A stretch of DNA of 64,000 nucleotides from Massalongia carnosa (taxonomy: Eukaryota): contig OZ287077.1 of NCBI GenBank assembly GCA_965645245.1, positions 682,001-746,000 of the forward strand, in the 5' to 3' direction. Under the pieces are notes generated by a model. It made no database searches. It was not told the origin of the DNA and saw only the letters and a program-made list of their open reading frames with translations. Every line of letters starts with the position of its first letter. The first letter of the stretch is position 1. The position numbers and the translations under genes were made by a program. Below, piece after piece: positions 62,377-64,000 of this stretch.

Positions 62377-64000
62377 GATGGATTGGTATGTTTTCTACAG
62401 ATAGGGAAACTATTTTATACTGCACGAACCTGATTGTTCCATAACTTGTATCACTAACGAATCTAAATCCCCACTTTTAGAAATTTCTCTCATCACCAAT
62501 TCTAAACTCTCGTGTCAGGGAATTGAAACTTGCCTAGTGTGTTAAAAGTTGTCCGGCGTGTTGAACTTACTTCCATTAACAGTTTACCCGACTTCATGAC
62601 TGGAACGGCCTAAAACGTCCTCTCATACAGGATTCCTCTTACCACCATCTCCCCAATCTCCACCACAAAATCCACAATCCCATCACACTTGTCCCACCCT
62701 CCAAAAATAACTCGCCTGTATCCAATAATATCACCCCCCTCCTTCCGTTTACACGTCCCATCCCAACCTATCATCAATTTCTTATTTAACCAAACAAATA
62801 AGTTCATTCTGGGAGAAAGGGAAGTATGTTTATCTATATAAACTGCCTTAAAAACCCCAGCAGCACGTGTCTAGATCTGGAGTTAAACACTCCGGGAAAC
62901 GGGAGTGTATAAATGAGTACGTGAGTGCGTGAGCAAGTAATTAACACTAGAAAAAATGTGTTAACAAGCAACGAAAGAACCGAAGATGGAGTAATGAAGG
63001 TGAGAACTCGATCGACCCCTGAGCTTTTCAAGGAGGTATACATATCTACTTAGTTTTTTTTTATTAATTCATTAAGCGTATGCATCCTAAGGATATGACG
63101 CTCTGACTGCTATTTATGTACATAAACAACAGTCAGGAAGTGGAAACCTGGCCCCCAGGGTAAAACCACTCCCTTGTTCCATGTTGAACGCAACGAGACT
63201 GTCCTTCTACCACGCGGTGCATACACCCAGATCTTCAAGCACTAGGAATCCTATAGACTCGATGAACTAGACAGTGTATTTCCACACGTTCGACGAACGT
63301 TCTCTCTCTTTAAATGTTTTGATTCAATGGAGGAAAGACTGGCCGTGATCGAGGGCAGATCGTGGTGTCGTATAAATGAAGGTGTGTAAGTGTGGCCATT
63401 CTAAATGAATGGGCTTTTTCGATGTGGTGAAAGGCTTCCGCCTGAGGGGTGTGGCCATTCCGAATGAATGGGCTTTGTATGTGTGCCTTCGAGGTGACGA
63501 ATGATCAGTAGAGACGTTGATCGTTCAAATGGCCACCGAGGTGGACTTCCGCGTTGGCGATGATCAGATATTGGCCACCTCCGAGGAGGTGTTGATAGCC
63601 TGCACCACGTAGAGGTTTCTGACCCAGCAGGCCCATATCTACTAGTACTTTGGGTGGAAATAAAAGGGGTTATATGCCTTGTATACATAAATACATACAT
63701 TCAGGCGTGATCGACTTTGTCGAGGAGAGAGGGCGTTAGTTTTTGAAAAAACCCAAAAAAAACAAGGGGGGTAAAAGTAACGGAGGCTGTCTTGCTAGAA
63801 ACGAAAGGCTGGCTGGGCGTCTCTGTTGATAGGCACTTTTGTGGAAAAGAGGGGGGGGAACCTAAGAGAAATACGAATAAAGATAATAGAAGAGAAAGAG
63901 AAAAAAGGAGGGGGAAAAAAAGGAAAAGGGGGAACAAAAAGAGAACCAGAAAGAGGGAAACACGAAAAGAAATCATACACCGTAAAAAAAACCCCCGGAA

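Noticed and set aside
62400..64000. Short ORFs and purine-rich tracts at the window end
   Set aside because: They are low-complexity translations with no domain, splice model or termini.

Overview
Eukaryotic DNA from a filamentous ascomycete (Pezizomycotina). It has short GT-AG introns with CTAAC/CTGAC-type branch points, a Zn2Cys6 transcription factor and fungal NLRs. Blocks of housekeeping genes alternate with accessory stretches. The housekeeping blocks are MGM101, COA4, BPL1, UBC6 and SAM50; an ADP-ribosylglycohydrolase, TANGO2/NRDE and an HVA22/REEP-like gene; MED27 and an RRM protein; and a HAD phosphatase, the Zn2Cys6 TF and a DUF1295 gene. The accessory stretches hold two NLR-like STAND genes. 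One is NACHT_N-NACHT-ankyrin with nine near-identical, shuffled 99-bp repeats; the other is SesB-like hydrolase-NACHT-WD40. They also hold a Cys-rich secreted-protein gene and several pseudogenes. At 55.2-61.3 kb a nest of four transposons resolves to the base. A Tc1/mariner element (TA TSD) is interrupted at its stop codon by a piggyBac-like element lacking a TTAA TSD. That element carries a 1-kb solo LTR (GATGC TSD) and a second Tc1-type element flanked by an unexpected 8-9-bp duplication instead of TA. COA4, full-length MED27 and a 56-aa Cys/His microprotein are missed or only partly caught by the ORF track. All family calls come from motif recognition by eye; no searches were run.
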